DNA of 28,454 nucleotides from Candidatus Eiseniibacteriota bacterium (GCA_038231135.1 JBBRLX010000043.1:1-28454), one strand, 5' to 3'; shown: positions 1 to 9,441, counted from the stretch's first letter. A program made the numbers and translations. The notes: a model not told the origin generated them from the letters alone.

Positions 1-153
1 GGGCTGTAGCGGTGGGTGACGGAAAGGCTGCTTCCGAACTGCGACGGCTCACGGCGAGGAGTTGGTTCGCGTGGTCCAAGATTTCGCCGCTGCTCGCGGA
101 ATGCCGAAGACGGCATTCGCGGGTTGGCGCCTCCCGGCCGATAGGTTGTCCGT

Positions 154-486
154 ATGTCTGAGCTGCGAATCCTGCTGAGCAGTTTGCGAAGCCACGTCGA
201 TGGCTCGGCGGTGCCGGTGGAATCCATCCCGGAGACGCTGGGGATCCTTCGCGCGATCGAGTTCCGGCTCCTCACGCAGAGCCTCCGTCCAGCCGAACTG
301 GAACCGCGACTTCCTCAGGATCATGGCGACACGTGGCTCACCGCCGACGACGTGGCGATGCGACTCAAACGCACTCGCGCCTGGGTATACCGGCAAGCGC
401 GGCGATGGCCGTTTGCCAAGCGGCCCACCCGCAAGACGCTGCTTATCTCCGAACGCGGCCTCACGCATTGGCTGCAGCGTCAATAG
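154..486 (+). CDS. Excisionase-like helix-turn-helix DNA-binding protein (HTH_17/AlpA-like)
   Basis: 110 aa; C-terminal WLTADDVAMRLKRTRAWVYRQA...LTHWL winged-HTH pattern; immediately upstream of the integrase. Confidence 0.75.
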   Translation: MSELRILLSSLRSHVDGSAVPVESIPETLGILRAIEFRLLTQSLRPAELEPRLPQDHGDTWLTADDVAMRLKRTRAWVYRQARRWPFAKRPTRKTLLISERGLTHWLQRQ

Positions 487-598
487 CTTGCCACCCGGCA
501 TCATTCGCGCGACCATCCCCTCCAGTGCGGGAATTCCCTGCGGGAATGGCTCTGGCTTTGGGCAGGCGCGTCCGCTTGCTCGACGGAAGGAGGCAGCC

Positions 599-1720
599 AT
601 GGCTCGCGGCCAAGGCAGGGTATTCCAACCGAAGGGTAGTTTGAATTGGAGCATTGAGTACTGGGTTCGGGGTCAGCAGCGACGGGAAGCATCCCGCTCG
701 CCGAAGAAGAGCGATGCCGTAGCGCTCTTGAAGCGACGTCAGGGAGAAGCCGCAACCGGTCGGCTCGTTAGTCCCCACGTTGAGCGCACCACGTTCGAGG
801 AGTTGTCGGCCATGCTGGTTCAGGATTATCAGGTGAACGGTCGGAAGTCCCTCGACCGGGCCCGACGATCACTTCACCATCTGGCCGGATCCTTCGCGGG
901 CGTGCGTGCACTCGACATCACGTCGGATGTGGTGACGGCCTACATCGCCGGACGTCTCACGGGTCCTTCGCCCGCGCGGCCAGCCACGATTCGCAACGAA
1001 CTGGCCGCGCTCACGCGCATGTTCACGCTCGGCTTTCGCGCCGGCAAAGTGCCGTCGCGTCCCGCCTTCCCATCAATCGCCGTCCACAACACGCGCTCCG
1101 GGTTCTTTGAGGAGGAAGAGCTCAGTGCCGTGCTGAATCACCTGCCGGAGGCGCTGCGCGCAGTGGTGCAGTTTACCTACCTTACCGGCTGGCGCATCGG
1201 CGAAGTGCGGCAACTCACCTGGCGACAAGTCGACCTCAAGGCCGACGTGGTGCGGCTCGAGCCAGGCGAGACGAAGAACCGGGAGGGACGCGTCTATCCC
1301 TTCAGCTCGTCACCAGAGCTGAAAGCTCTTCTGCTGGAGCAGCGCCGCATCACCTCACTGCTCGAGCGCGAGGTCGGTGGTCTTGTGCCGTGGGTCTTTC
1401 ATCGGCAGGGCAAGCCAATCCGGAATTTCCACATGGCGTGGCGGAATGCGTGTCGCAAGGCGGGGTATCCCGGACGGCTCGTGCACGATCTTCGGCGCAC
1501 CGCTGTACGGGAGATGGAGCGTGCTGGGGTACCGCGGTCCGTGGCGATGAAGCTCTCGGGGCACAAGACCGAGAGCATCTACCGCCGGTACGCGATCGTC
1601 TCCGAAGCGGATCTCGCCGAAGGGGTGGGACGTCGCGCAAGCTTTCGCGAGAGAACCCGCATAGTTCCCGCACAGTCGGCGGGTTTGGCAGGTGGTGGCG
1701 ACGATGAACCGTCGGCGTAA
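599..1720 (+). CDS. Tyrosine recombinase / phage integrase
   Basis: ATG at 599 after GGAAGGAGG. Catalytic motifs TGWRIGE (R), ETKN (K), HDLRR (HxxR), SGHKT (H), YRRY (Y); N-terminal arm-binding-like region. The ORF-track start at 200 is over-extended. Confidence 0.95.
   Translation: MARGQGRVFQPKGSLNWSIEYWVRGQQRREASRSPKKSDAVALLKRRQGEAATGRLVSPHVERTTFEELSAMLVQDYQVNGRKSLDRARRSLHHLAGSFAGVRALDITSDVVTAYIAGRLTGPSPARPATIRNELAALTRMFTLGFRAGKVPSRPAFPSIAVHNTRSGFFEEEELSAVLNHLPEALRAVVQFTYLTGWRIGEVRQLTWRQVDLKADVVRLEPGETKNREGRVYPFSSSPELKALLLEQRRITSLLEREVGGLVPWVFHRQGKPIRNFHMAWRNACRKAGYPGRLVHDLRRTAVREMERAGVPRSVAMKLSGHKTESIYRRYAIVSEADLAEGVGRRASFRERTRIVPAQSAGLAGGGDDEPSA
1656..1676 (+). promoter_or_regulatory. 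Candidate integrase arm-type binding sites (tandem CCCGCA[T/C]AGT)
   Basis: CCCGCATAGT (1656-1665) and CCCGCACAGT (1667-1676) with 11-bp period, about 60 bp from the tRNA 3' end. Confidence 0.5.
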
Positions 1721-1733
1721 GTCGCTGCGAAAT

Positions 1734-1822
1734 TGGTGCCGGAGGTGGGGGTCGAACCCACACTCGATTTGAGTCGAACGGGATTTTGAGTCCCGCGCGT
1801 CTGCCAGTTTCGCCACTCCGGC
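1734..1822 (-). tRNA. tRNA-Leu (anticodon CAA)
   Basis: Reverse complement reads GCCGGAGTGGCGAAACTGGCAGACGCGCGGGACTCAAAATCCCG, a long variable arm, then GTGGGTTCGACCCCCACCTCCGGCACCA. Encoded CCA; class II structure. Confidence 0.97.
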
Positions 1823-1993
1823 ACGGGTTGCGGGCACGAAACTACCCGATTCCCGTCCGTTGCGTGAAATGGTTCGACGCGGACACGCGCACCGTCGGCC
1901 GCCACGCGTCGGCTCGGGGGGAGCTACCCCGTTCCTCGAAAGCCACAGGATCTCGTTCCCTCACCTTCGGAGCCTCGTCGACCCGACCTCGAT

Positions 1994-2644
1994 TCAGCTC
2001 CCGAGCGAGGGGCGTGGCCGCGCAGGTGGCCCCGCGGCGCACTGCGGCGAGGCGAGGGGACATCCGTACACGGGGGCTGTCCCCCCGGATGGCCGCGTGC
2101 CGTTCGCGGCATCGACGACGCCGCGCTCTCCGAGATTGGCGCCGACATGCCCGCGAGCGCCGGTGATGCCGCCGCTGAAGACGAGGTGGCCGGATGCGTC
2201 GTAGAGCGCGACCTGCCCCGACGTGAAGGCGCCGAAGTTCTCGAGCTCCCGACCCCCGGTATCGACGACGGCCGTGACCCCCGGGATGGCGCTGGCGGTG
2301 CGCCACAGGTCGTCCTTCACCCAACGGTCCGTGAATCCGGACGGCTCGAGGAAGACCACCCGGGCCGCGATGTGGCCCCGGCCACGAGTCATGATGTCTT
2401 CCAGCTCGGCAATGGTCGCGCGGGTGCAGGGACAGTGCGGATGCACGGCGACCACGAGCGTCTGCCTCATGGTGTCATGATGCATGCGGCTCGCCGCCGG
2501 CCATGTCGCGGGGGGTTCGCCCGGCCGCCCGGGAGTCAGCGAATATCTCAGCAGCAGGCCAAAGCCGATGGCGACGAGACACATCCATAGGGCCATCCCG
2601 ACGAACACAGCTCGATGCGAATCCCTGAGGGTGCCGAGCGACAT
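1994..2644 (-). CDS. RedB-like membrane-anchored thioredoxin-fold protein
   Basis: ATG at 2644 with AGGAG upstream; N-terminal TM helix; HPHCPCT motif, FSGGITGARGH and C-terminal VYGCPL, recalling proteins annotated as RedB. Confidence 0.7.
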   Translation of the reverse strand: MSLGTLRDSHRAVFVGMALWMCLVAIGFGLLLRYSLTPGRPGEPPATWPAASRMHHDTMRQTLVVAVHPHCPCTRATIAELEDIMTRGRGHIAARVVFLEPSGFTDRWVKDDLWRTASAIPGVTAVVDTGGRELENFGAFTSGQVALYDASGHLVFSGGITGARGHVGANLGERGVVDAANGTRPSGGTAPVYGCPLASPQCAAGPPARPRPSLGS

Positions 2645-2989
2645 TCGCCGTGCTCCTAATGGTGGGATGCGTGTTTCGAGGCCGATATGTGAGGGTGATC
2701 GGCACCATTCCGTGCCGGCCGCGTGAACCTGGCGGGCGGTGGGCGCGAACCCCACGAAACGTTCGTACATCTCATACCCGCGGACGATGACGGGTCACCG
2801 GGATCCCCCGCGTCAAGACCCGTGGGCGAGGGGCCGATGCTCAAGCACGGGGCTCTTCCAACTCGTGCTCGATGCCGTTCTCCCGGAACGCCTGACGGCA
2901 GCGGATGTTCGCTGCGCCAAACGTCCCATCGACACGCTCAGCCCGTTGGTCGCCACACGGCCGTGTGCGTGAAGGTGAGGGACCCCTGA

Positions 2990-3394
2990 ATGGCGAGAAT
3001 ACTGGTCATTGAAGACGACCCGTTCGTGCGGACGATGATTCGAGAAATCCTGGAGGCCGACGGCCACGATCTGTCCACCGCCGAGGATGGCGTAGCCGGT
3101 TGTGCGCTGTTGCAAGTCGAGTCGTTCGACCTGCTGATCACTGACATCGTGATGCCCAACCAGGATGGGCTCGAGACGATCCTGGCAACTCGCCGTGAGC
3201 AGCCCGAGCTGCCGATCCTGGCGATCTCCGGCGGCGGCCGCTACGAATGGACCGACGTCCTCGAGTCGGCCGAACTGTTCGGGGCGACGCGGACGCTGAC
3301 GAAGCCGTTTGCGGTCGAGGCGCTCGTCACGTGCGTGCACGAGCTGCTCGAGGGCGCGGTGCACGCGTCCTTCGAACGGGGCCGGGCGGCATGA
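2990..3394 (+). CDS. Single-domain response regulator (CheY-like receiver)
   Basis: ILVIEDD, ITDIVMP (phospho-Asp), ISGG, KPF motifs. Confidence 0.93.
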   Translation: MARILVIEDDPFVRTMIREILEADGHDLSTAEDGVAGCALLQVESFDLLITDIVMPNQDGLETILATRREQPELPILAISGGGRYEWTDVLESAELFGATRTLTKPFAVEALVTCVHELLEGAVHASFERGRAA

Positions 3395-4533
3395 ACATCG
3401 AACAGGTGCGCTGGCAGGCGGCCACCGGGTGGTCCCCGGGTCCGCTCGGTCAACTACGCGCGCAGCCTCAGCTCGTCCTGATGTTCGGCGGGCCGCAGGC
3501 ATTGCGGCAATCGGGGTGCATTGCGGACGTGGTCGCGGCGTATCCGAAAGCGATCCTGTTCGGTTGTTCGACCGCCGGGGAAATCTTCGACACGCACGTC
3601 ATGGACGACTCGGTCGTCGTGACGGCGATCCACTTCGAGCACACGCGGGTGCGGGCGGCGCACGCCGACATTGGCGGGGCGGCGAACAGCTATGCCGTAG
3701 GCACTCAGCTCGCGACGTCGATCGAGCACGAGGGCCTCCGGCACGTATTCGCATTGTCCGACGGGCTCGGGATCAACGGGAGCGACTTCGTGCAGGGGCT
3801 CAAGGCGTTTCTGCCGGAGAACGTCACCATCACCGGCGGACTGTCCGGAGACGGTGCGCGGTTCCAGCAGACGTACATCATTCGCGGGACGACTCACTCC
3901 TCCGGGTCGGCCGGCATCATCGGATTCTACGGCGATCGTCTGACCATCGGCTTCGGATCCCTGGGTGGCTGGGATCCGTTTGGACCCGAGCGGCTGATCA
4001 CGAAGTCGCAGGGCAACGTGCTCTACGAGCTGGATGGGAAATCGGCCCTCGCCCTGTACAAGGAGTACCTGGGGCCGCATGCCGCGGGCCTGCCGGCCAC
4101 GGGACTGCTGTTTCCGCTGAGCATTCGCGGCGCCCAGAGTGAAGACCCCGTGGTGCGCACGATCCTGTCCGTCGACGAGTCCCGGCAGAGCATGACGTTC
4201 GCCGGAGACATTCCGGTCGGCGCCTACGCCCGTCTGATGAAGGCGAACTTCGATCGGCTGGTCGACGGCGCGACGGTGGCGGCGCGCACGTGCGCCACGG
4301 CCATGGGGCCCTCGACGGCGGAGCTGGCGATCCTCATCAGTTGCGTGGGGCGGAAGCTCGTGCTCCAGCAGCGGATCGAGGAGGAGGTGGAAGCCGTTCG
4401 CGACGTCCTGGGCGCGGGCGCCGTTCTCACGGGCTTCTATTCCTACGGCGAGATCTCCCCGTTCACACCGACCGCGCGTTGCGAGCTTCACAACCAGACC
4501 ATGACGATCACGACGTTCGCGGAAGCGGCATAG
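3391..4533 (+). CDS. FIST-domain (NosP-like) sensory protein
   Basis: ATGA overlap with the upstream gene; GCSTAGEI, GGLSGD, ISCVGR, GFYSYGEI and ELHNQTM motifs of FIST_N/FIST_C. Confidence 0.92.
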   Translation: MNIEQVRWQAATGWSPGPLGQLRAQPQLVLMFGGPQALRQSGCIADVVAAYPKAILFGCSTAGEIFDTHVMDDSVVVTAIHFEHTRVRAAHADIGGAANSYAVGTQLATSIEHEGLRHVFALSDGLGINGSDFVQGLKAFLPENVTITGGLSGDGARFQQTYIIRGTTHSSGSAGIIGFYGDRLTIGFGSLGGWDPFGPERLITKSQGNVLYELDGKSALALYKEYLGPHAAGLPATGLLFPLSIRGAQSEDPVVRTILSVDESRQSMTFAGDIPVGAYARLMKANFDRLVDGATVAARTCATAMGPSTAELAILISCVGRKLVLQQRIEEEVEAVRDVLGAGAVLTGFYSYGEISPFTPTARCELHNQTMTITTFAEAA

Positions 4534-4535
4534 GC

Positions 4536-6632
4536 GTGCCGCAGCGCCATACACTGCTGCAGCGGCAGATTCGATCCAGTTTCGCCGAACCCCCGGCCCC
4601 CTCGGCGGAGTGGACCGCATTCACGACCGCGGTCGGGACTGCCTATCGCCAGTTCGACGCGGACCACGCGCTGCTCGACCGCGCCATGGAATTGAGTTCC
4701 CGAGAGTTGCTCGAGGCAAACTCGGACATTCGCGGAGTCGTACAGGCGTTTCCGGACCTGTTTCTGTGGCTGACACGGGACGGGACGATCACCGCATGCC
4801 GCGGCCAGGCGTGCAAGGATTTGGTGCTCCCGGTGGATGATCTCATCGGCAAGCGAATTCACCAGGGGCCCGATCCCACGGCCAACGCTCAGCTGGAATC
4901 GGCGCTGGACACTGTGAATGCCGGTTCCAGGCTGGTCACGGTCGAATACCCGCTGACCATCGACGGCTGCGAGCGGTACTTCGAGGCGCGGCTGCTGCCG
5001 CTACTCGAAGGGCGGATCCTGGCGATCGTCCGGGACGTGACCGGGCGGAAGGCGAACGAGCAAGCGCTGGCTCGCATGGTCGCGACGCTCCAGGCGACGC
5101 TCGAGTCGACGACGGATGGCATCCTCGTCGTCGATGCGCACGGCAAACTGGTCAGCTTCAATCGCCGACTCGTGCAGTTGTTGCACATTCCGGAAGACGT
5201 CATGGAAAGACGGAGTTCTGACAACAACGCCATCGTCGACTACGTGGTCGGCCAGCTCGTGGACCCGGAGATGTATCAGGCGAGGATTCGTGAAGTCTAC
5301 GCCGACCCGAAGGCGGAGAGCTTCGACGAGATCGTCTTCATCGATGGCCGGATATTCGAACGCTATTCGAAGCCGCAGATCCTGAACGACTGCGGCATCG
5401 GCCGGGTATGGAGCTACCGTGATGTCACCGGGCCCCGGCAGGCGGAGGCCGCGCTCCGCAGGAGTGAGGAGCAGTTGCGGCAGGCCCAGAAGATGGAGGC
5501 CATCGGACGACTGGCCGGCGGGGTCGCACACGACTTCAACAACGTGCTGACGGCGATCATCGGGTTCGGCGAACTGGTGCTCGCGGGGATGCCGCCGAAG
5601 GATCCGCTCCGCACCAAAGTGCAATACATGACGACGGCGGCGAGCCGCGGATCGGAGCTCACCCAGCAACTGCTCGCCTTCAGCCGCCATCAGGTGATCG
5701 CGGCGAATGCCGTCGACATCTCGACCATCATCGCCAACCATGCGCCGATGATGCAGCGACTGATCGGGGGAACCATCGAACTCGTCCAGCGGACCCACCC
5801 TGGCACCGGCCTCGTGAGCGTCGATCCCGTGAAGATCGAACAGATTCTGCTCAACCTGGCGATCAACGCCCGCGACGCGATGCCCGGAGGCGGCCGGCTC
5901 GTGATCGAGACCGCCAACGTGGTGCTGGATGAACACTACGTGACAGTCAATCCCGGAGCCGTTGCCGGCAACTACGTGATGCTGGCGGTCTCGGATTCCG
6001 GGAGCGGCATGACTCGTGAAGTGCAGAGCAAGGTGTTCGAGCCGTTCTTCACGACGAAAGAGGTCGGCAAGGGGACGGGCCTGGGGCTGTCCACGGTGTT
6101 CGGCATCGTGAAACAGGTGGGTGGCCACATCGGACTGTACAGCGAGCCTGGCAGCGGCACGGTGTTCAAGGTGTACCTGCCGCTGGCGAGCGCTGCCGCG
6201 GCGGCCGACACAGCGAACCCACCGGAGTCCGCGCCACCGCGCGGCGGCGAACGCATCCTGCTCGTGGAGGACGACGACGCGGTTCGTTTGCTGGCCCGGG
6301 AGGTGCTGACCCAGGGGGGCTACGCGCTGGTGGAAGCGTCCAACGGAATCGATGCGCTGGCGCTGGCGGAACGGCACCAGGGCTTCGACCTGGTGGTGAG
6401 CGACGTGATCATGCCGGCGTGCGGAGGCCGGGGGCTCTCGGAAGAGCTCCGCTTGAAATGGCCGGATATCCGGATCCTGTTCATGTCGGGCTTTACCGAC
6501 GGGGCCATCATTGATAACGGCGTCCTGAACGAAGGGGTGCCGTTCATTCAGAAGCCGTTCCGGCCGGATGCGCTCCTGCGGAAGGTACGAGAGGTACTGG
6601 ACGCTCCCGTCCGGGGTGCCCGGGCAGCCTGA
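4536..6632 (+). CDS. PAS-PAS hybrid histidine kinase with C-terminal receiver
   Basis: Probable GTG start 2 bp after the FIST stop; N-terminal HTLLQRQIR; two PAS-like regions; H-box AHDFNNVL, N-box NLAINARDAM, G-boxes DSGSGM and GKGTGLGL; receiver VSDVIMP. Confidence 0.93.
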   Translation: MPQRHTLLQRQIRSSFAEPPAPSAEWTAFTTAVGTAYRQFDADHALLDRAMELSSRELLEANSDIRGVVQAFPDLFLWLTRDGTITACRGQACKDLVLPVDDLIGKRIHQGPDPTANAQLESALDTVNAGSRLVTVEYPLTIDGCERYFEARLLPLLEGRILAIVRDVTGRKANEQALARMVATLQATLESTTDGILVVDAHGKLVSFNRRLVQLLHIPEDVMERRSSDNNAIVDYVVGQLVDPEMYQARIREVYADPKAESFDEIVFIDGRIFERYSKPQILNDCGIGRVWSYRDVTGPRQAEAALRRSEEQLRQAQKMEAIGRLAGGVAHDFNNVLTAIIGFGELVLAGMPPKDPLRTKVQYMTTAASRGSELTQQLLAFSRHQVIAANAVDISTIIANHAPMMQRLIGGTIELVQRTHPGTGLVSVDPVKIEQILLNLAINARDAMPGGGRLVIETANVVLDEHYVTVNPGAVAGNYVMLAVSDSGSGMTREVQSKVFEPFFTTKEVGKGTGLGLSTVFGIVKQVGGHIGLYSEPGSGTVFKVYLPLASAAAAADTANPPESAPPRGGERILLVEDDDAVRLLAREVLTQGGYALVEASNGIDALALAERHQGFDLVVSDVIMPACGGRGLSEELRLKWPDIRILFMSGFTDGAIIDNGVLNEGVPFIQKPFRPDALLRKVREVLDAPVRGARAA

Positions 6633-6670
6633 AGCCGCCTGAGCCGCCTCAACCGTTTCCTGCTTTCGAT

Positions 6671-6855
6671 CTGCGATGCCGCACGGGGTGAGGTTCGGAG
6701 CTGCGATGCCGTACGGGGTGAGATTCCTCCGGCGGGGACGCTTCGGCCCCGCCCTCCTGGCGGGTCCTCGCTACTCGCGCAGCGCTCCGTGCATCCCTGC
6801 ACTCCCGCGCTGCGCTCGGTCCCCTCCGGAACCTCACCCTGAACGGCATTGCAGC
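6671..6855. mobile_element. MITE/REP-like intergenic element with terminal inverted repeats and a duplicated left end
   Basis: A 26-bp unit CTGCGATGCCGYACGGGGTGAGRTTC at 6671-6696 and 6701-6726 (24/26 identical), an inverted copy at 6829-6854 (22/26), and an internal nested hairpin at 6777-6815. Confidence 0.55.
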
Positions 6856-6957
6856 ACGTGGTCGTCATGGATCAGTGCCTCTTGCGTGGATGATGCGGGG
6901 AAGGCGATGCTGCTGCGGGGCGATCGTGGTGCGGTGAAGCCCGTGGATGGAGGGTCG

Positions 6958-8391
6958 ATGCCGGAGGCGAAGTACGACGTGATCGTGATCGGCTCGGGGC
7001 CGGCGGGAGAGAACCTCGCAGGTCGCACGGCGAAGGGTGGGTTGCGTACTGCGATCGTCGAGTCCGAGCTGGTCGGCGGCGAATGTTCGTACTGGGCGTG
7101 CATTCCGAGCAAGGCATTGCTGCGGCCGGTTGCGGCGCTCGCGGAGGTGCGCGCGGTGCCGGGCAGCCGCGAAGCGGTTACGGGCACGATCGACGTGAAC
7201 GCGGTGCTGGCGCGGCGTGACCGGCTCGTCGGCGACTGGAAGGACGACAGCCAGGTGAAGTGGCTGAACGGCGTCCACATCGACCTGCATCGCGGGCACG
7301 GCCGGTTGTCGGGGCCGCGCCGCGTCACGGTGACGGGCGCCGACGGCCGCACGACCGACCTCGCGGCCCGCCACGTGGTCGCGATCTGCACCGGCAGCGA
7401 CACGGCGATGCCGGCGATTCCCGGGCTCGCCGGGGCCAGACCCTGGACGAGCCGCGAGGCGACGAGCGCCCGCCACGCTCCCGTGAGTCTGGCGATCCTG
7501 GGCGGGGGCGTGGTGGCGTGCGAACTGGCGACGGCGTGGTGCGGCCTCGGCACCCGGGACGTCACCATCATCCAGCGCGGCAGCCGGCTGCTGCCGGCCT
7601 TGGAGGAGTTCGCGGGGCTGGCGGTGCGCGAATCGCTCGAACGCCGTGGCGTACGGGTCGTCACCGGCGCCACCGCGACCCGCGTCGAACGCGACGCGCA
7701 CGGTGTGCGGCTGACGCTCACGGATGGCGCCACGGTGAACGCGGCGGAGCTGCTGGTGGCGACCGGCCGCGCACCGCGCACCGGTGACCTCGGCATCGAG
7801 CACGCCGGTCTCGAGCCGGGCGCGTGGATCGACGTCGATGACAGCATGCGCGCGACCGCGGTGGCGGACGGCTGGCTCTACGCCGTGGGCGACGTCAATC
7901 ACGTCGCGCTGCTCACGCACATGGGCAAGTACCAGGCGCGGGTCGCGGGCGATGCGATCGTCGCGCGCGTCCGCGGCGACGCGGCCGCGGAGCGGCCCGC
8001 GGCATGGTCCGCATACGCCGCGACCGCGAACGCCGCAGCGGTGCCGCAGGTCGTGTTCACCGATCCCGAGGTGGCCGTCGTCGGCCTCGACGAGGCGCGG
8101 GCGCGCGCGCGCGGGCTGCGGGTGCGAACCGTCGAGTTCGGGCTGGGTCACGTGTCGGGCGGGGCGCTCCATGCGGAGCACTACGCCGGCACCGCCCGGA
8201 TCACCGTCGACGCCGACCGTCACGTGATCGTGGGCATGATGCTCGTGGGTCCCGGGGTGGGCGAGTTGATCCACGCGGCTACGATCGCGATCGTGGGGGA
8301 GGTTCCGCTGGAGCGCCTATGGCACGCGGTGCCGGCGTTCCCGACGATCAGCGAGGTGTGGCTGCGGCTGCTCGAAGCCTGGGGACTGTGA
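6958..8391 (+). CDS. Class I pyridine nucleotide-disulfide oxidoreductase (dihydrolipoamide dehydrogenase-like)
   Basis: ATG at 6958 after GGAGGG; FAD motif IGSGPAG; redox disulfide GGECSYWACIPSK; GGGVVACE, ATGRAP, AVGD, FTDPEVA; C-terminal AFPTISE. Confidence 0.92.
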   Translation: MPEAKYDVIVIGSGPAGENLAGRTAKGGLRTAIVESELVGGECSYWACIPSKALLRPVAALAEVRAVPGSREAVTGTIDVNAVLARRDRLVGDWKDDSQVKWLNGVHIDLHRGHGRLSGPRRVTVTGADGRTTDLAARHVVAICTGSDTAMPAIPGLAGARPWTSREATSARHAPVSLAILGGGVVACELATAWCGLGTRDVTIIQRGSRLLPALEEFAGLAVRESLERRGVRVVTGATATRVERDAHGVRLTLTDGATVNAAELLVATGRAPRTGDLGIEHAGLEPGAWIDVDDSMRATAVADGWLYAVGDVNHVALLTHMGKYQARVAGDAIVARVRGDAAAERPAAWSAYAATANAAAVPQVVFTDPEVAVVGLDEARARARGLRVRTVEFGLGHVSGGALHAEHYAGTARITVDADRHVIVGMMLVGPGVGELIHAATIAIVGEVPLERLWHAVPAFPTISEVWLRLLEAWGL

Positions 8392-8463
8392 TCTCGCGCC
8401 CGGCACGCGTCACCACCGGTCGCCTCCAGCCGTCACCAGAACCTGGGCGGCACAGTTCCGGCG

Positions 8464-9441
8464 TCAGCGGGCGATCAGCAGGCTCTCGGCGAACGGCCAC
8501 TCGTCGTCCACCCACTGGCCGGCGCAGCTGAATCCCGTCCGCGTCGCGATCGCGCGCGGCTCCTCGATCGAATACTTGTGCGAGCTCTCGGTCCAGATAC
8601 TCTCCATGGCCCGCAGCGGCACCTCGATGCCGAGCGCCGCGATCGCCACGGTTTGAGCGCGCTGCGATACCAGATGCATCTCCACGCGTCGCTCGGCGGC
8701 GTCCCAGCGAACGCGGTGCCGGAATTTGGAGAGGTCGAACGTGGCGCCGAGCTCGCGATTCAGGTGGGCGAGCAGGTTGAGGTTGAACGACGCCGTGATG
8801 CCGAGCGTGTCGTCGTAAGCCGCGAGCAGCGTGGCCACCGGCTTCAGCAGGTCGGTGCCGAGCAGCAGCCCGTCCCCGGGAGCCAGCTCCGCCCGCACGG
8901 CGGCGAGGAACTGCTCGGCTTCCGGGCGATCGAAATTGCCGATCGTGCTGCCGAGGAACAACACCAGCAACGGGGTGCCCGCGGGGCGGTGAGCGGCCGC
9001 CATCGCGAGCCCGCGCAGGTAGTCGCCGGCGATCGCCTGCACGCGCACCCGGGGCACGTCCGCCAGGTCGCGGGCGCAGTGCAGCAGCGCCGCGCGCGAA
9101 ATGTCGATCGGGACGTAGGTGTGGGGCGCGCCGGGCGGGAGCGCCTCGAGCACCGCGCGCGTCTTGCGGCCGCTGCCGCTGCCGAGCTCCGCCACCACGC
9201 GCGTGCCCGGGATCGCCGCGACGATCGCCGGCGCGTGGCTCCACAGGATGCGCTCATCGGCGCGCGTCAGGCCGTATTCGGGCAACAGGCTGATCGCCTC
9301 GAACAGCGCCGAGCCGAGATCGTCGTAGAGCAGGCTCGAGGGCAGCCGCTTCTGGGTTGGATGCTCGAGGCCCGCCCGCACCTGGCTCGCCAGTTCCGCG
9401 GCGGGGCTGGCGGTCGGACGCTGTGAAGGGGCGGTGCTCAC
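8464..9441 (-). CDS. egtD: L-histidine N-alpha-trimethyltransferase
   Basis: LYDDLGSALFEAI..LPEY, ELGSGSGRKT (SAM binding), GSTIGNF, AYDD, FNLN, VEMHL, WTESSHKY; adjacent to egtB. Confidence 0.93.
   Translation of the reverse strand: MSTAPSQRPTASPAAELASQVRAGLEHPTQKRLPSSLLYDDLGSALFEAISLLPEYGLTRADERILWSHAPAIVAAIPGTRVVAELGSGSGRKTRAVLEALPPGAPHTYVPIDISRAALLHCARDLADVPRVRVQAIAGDYLRGLAMAAAHRPAGTPLLVLFLGSTIGNFDRPEAEQFLAAVRAELAPGDGLLLGTDLLKPVATLLAAYDDTLGITASFNLNLLAHLNRELGATFDLSKFRHRVRWDAAERRVEMHLVSQRAQTVAIAALGIEVPLRAMESIWTESSHKYSIEEPRAIATRTGFSCAGQWVDDEWPFAESLLIAR

Larger units (their letters stand above)
1..1733. mobile_element. Right end of a tRNA-Leu-targeted integrative element (prophage, ICE or genomic island), continuing off the left edge
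   Basis: xis-like gene plus tyrosine integrase whose stop codon (1720) lies 13 bp from the CCA end of a convergent tRNA-Leu, the classic att-junction arrangement. The far att site is not in the window. Confidence 0.8.

Noticed and set aside
1..10. GGGCTGTAGC identical to the start of tRNA-Ala (27974-27983), as a possible att repeat
   Set aside because: Only 10 bp, matches the tRNA 5' end, and similarity stops immediately; probably chance.
6958..8391. Calling the reductase lpdA or merA
   Set aside because: Lacks the HPTxxE histidine of Lpd and the C-terminal Cys pair of MerA; no supporting gene context.
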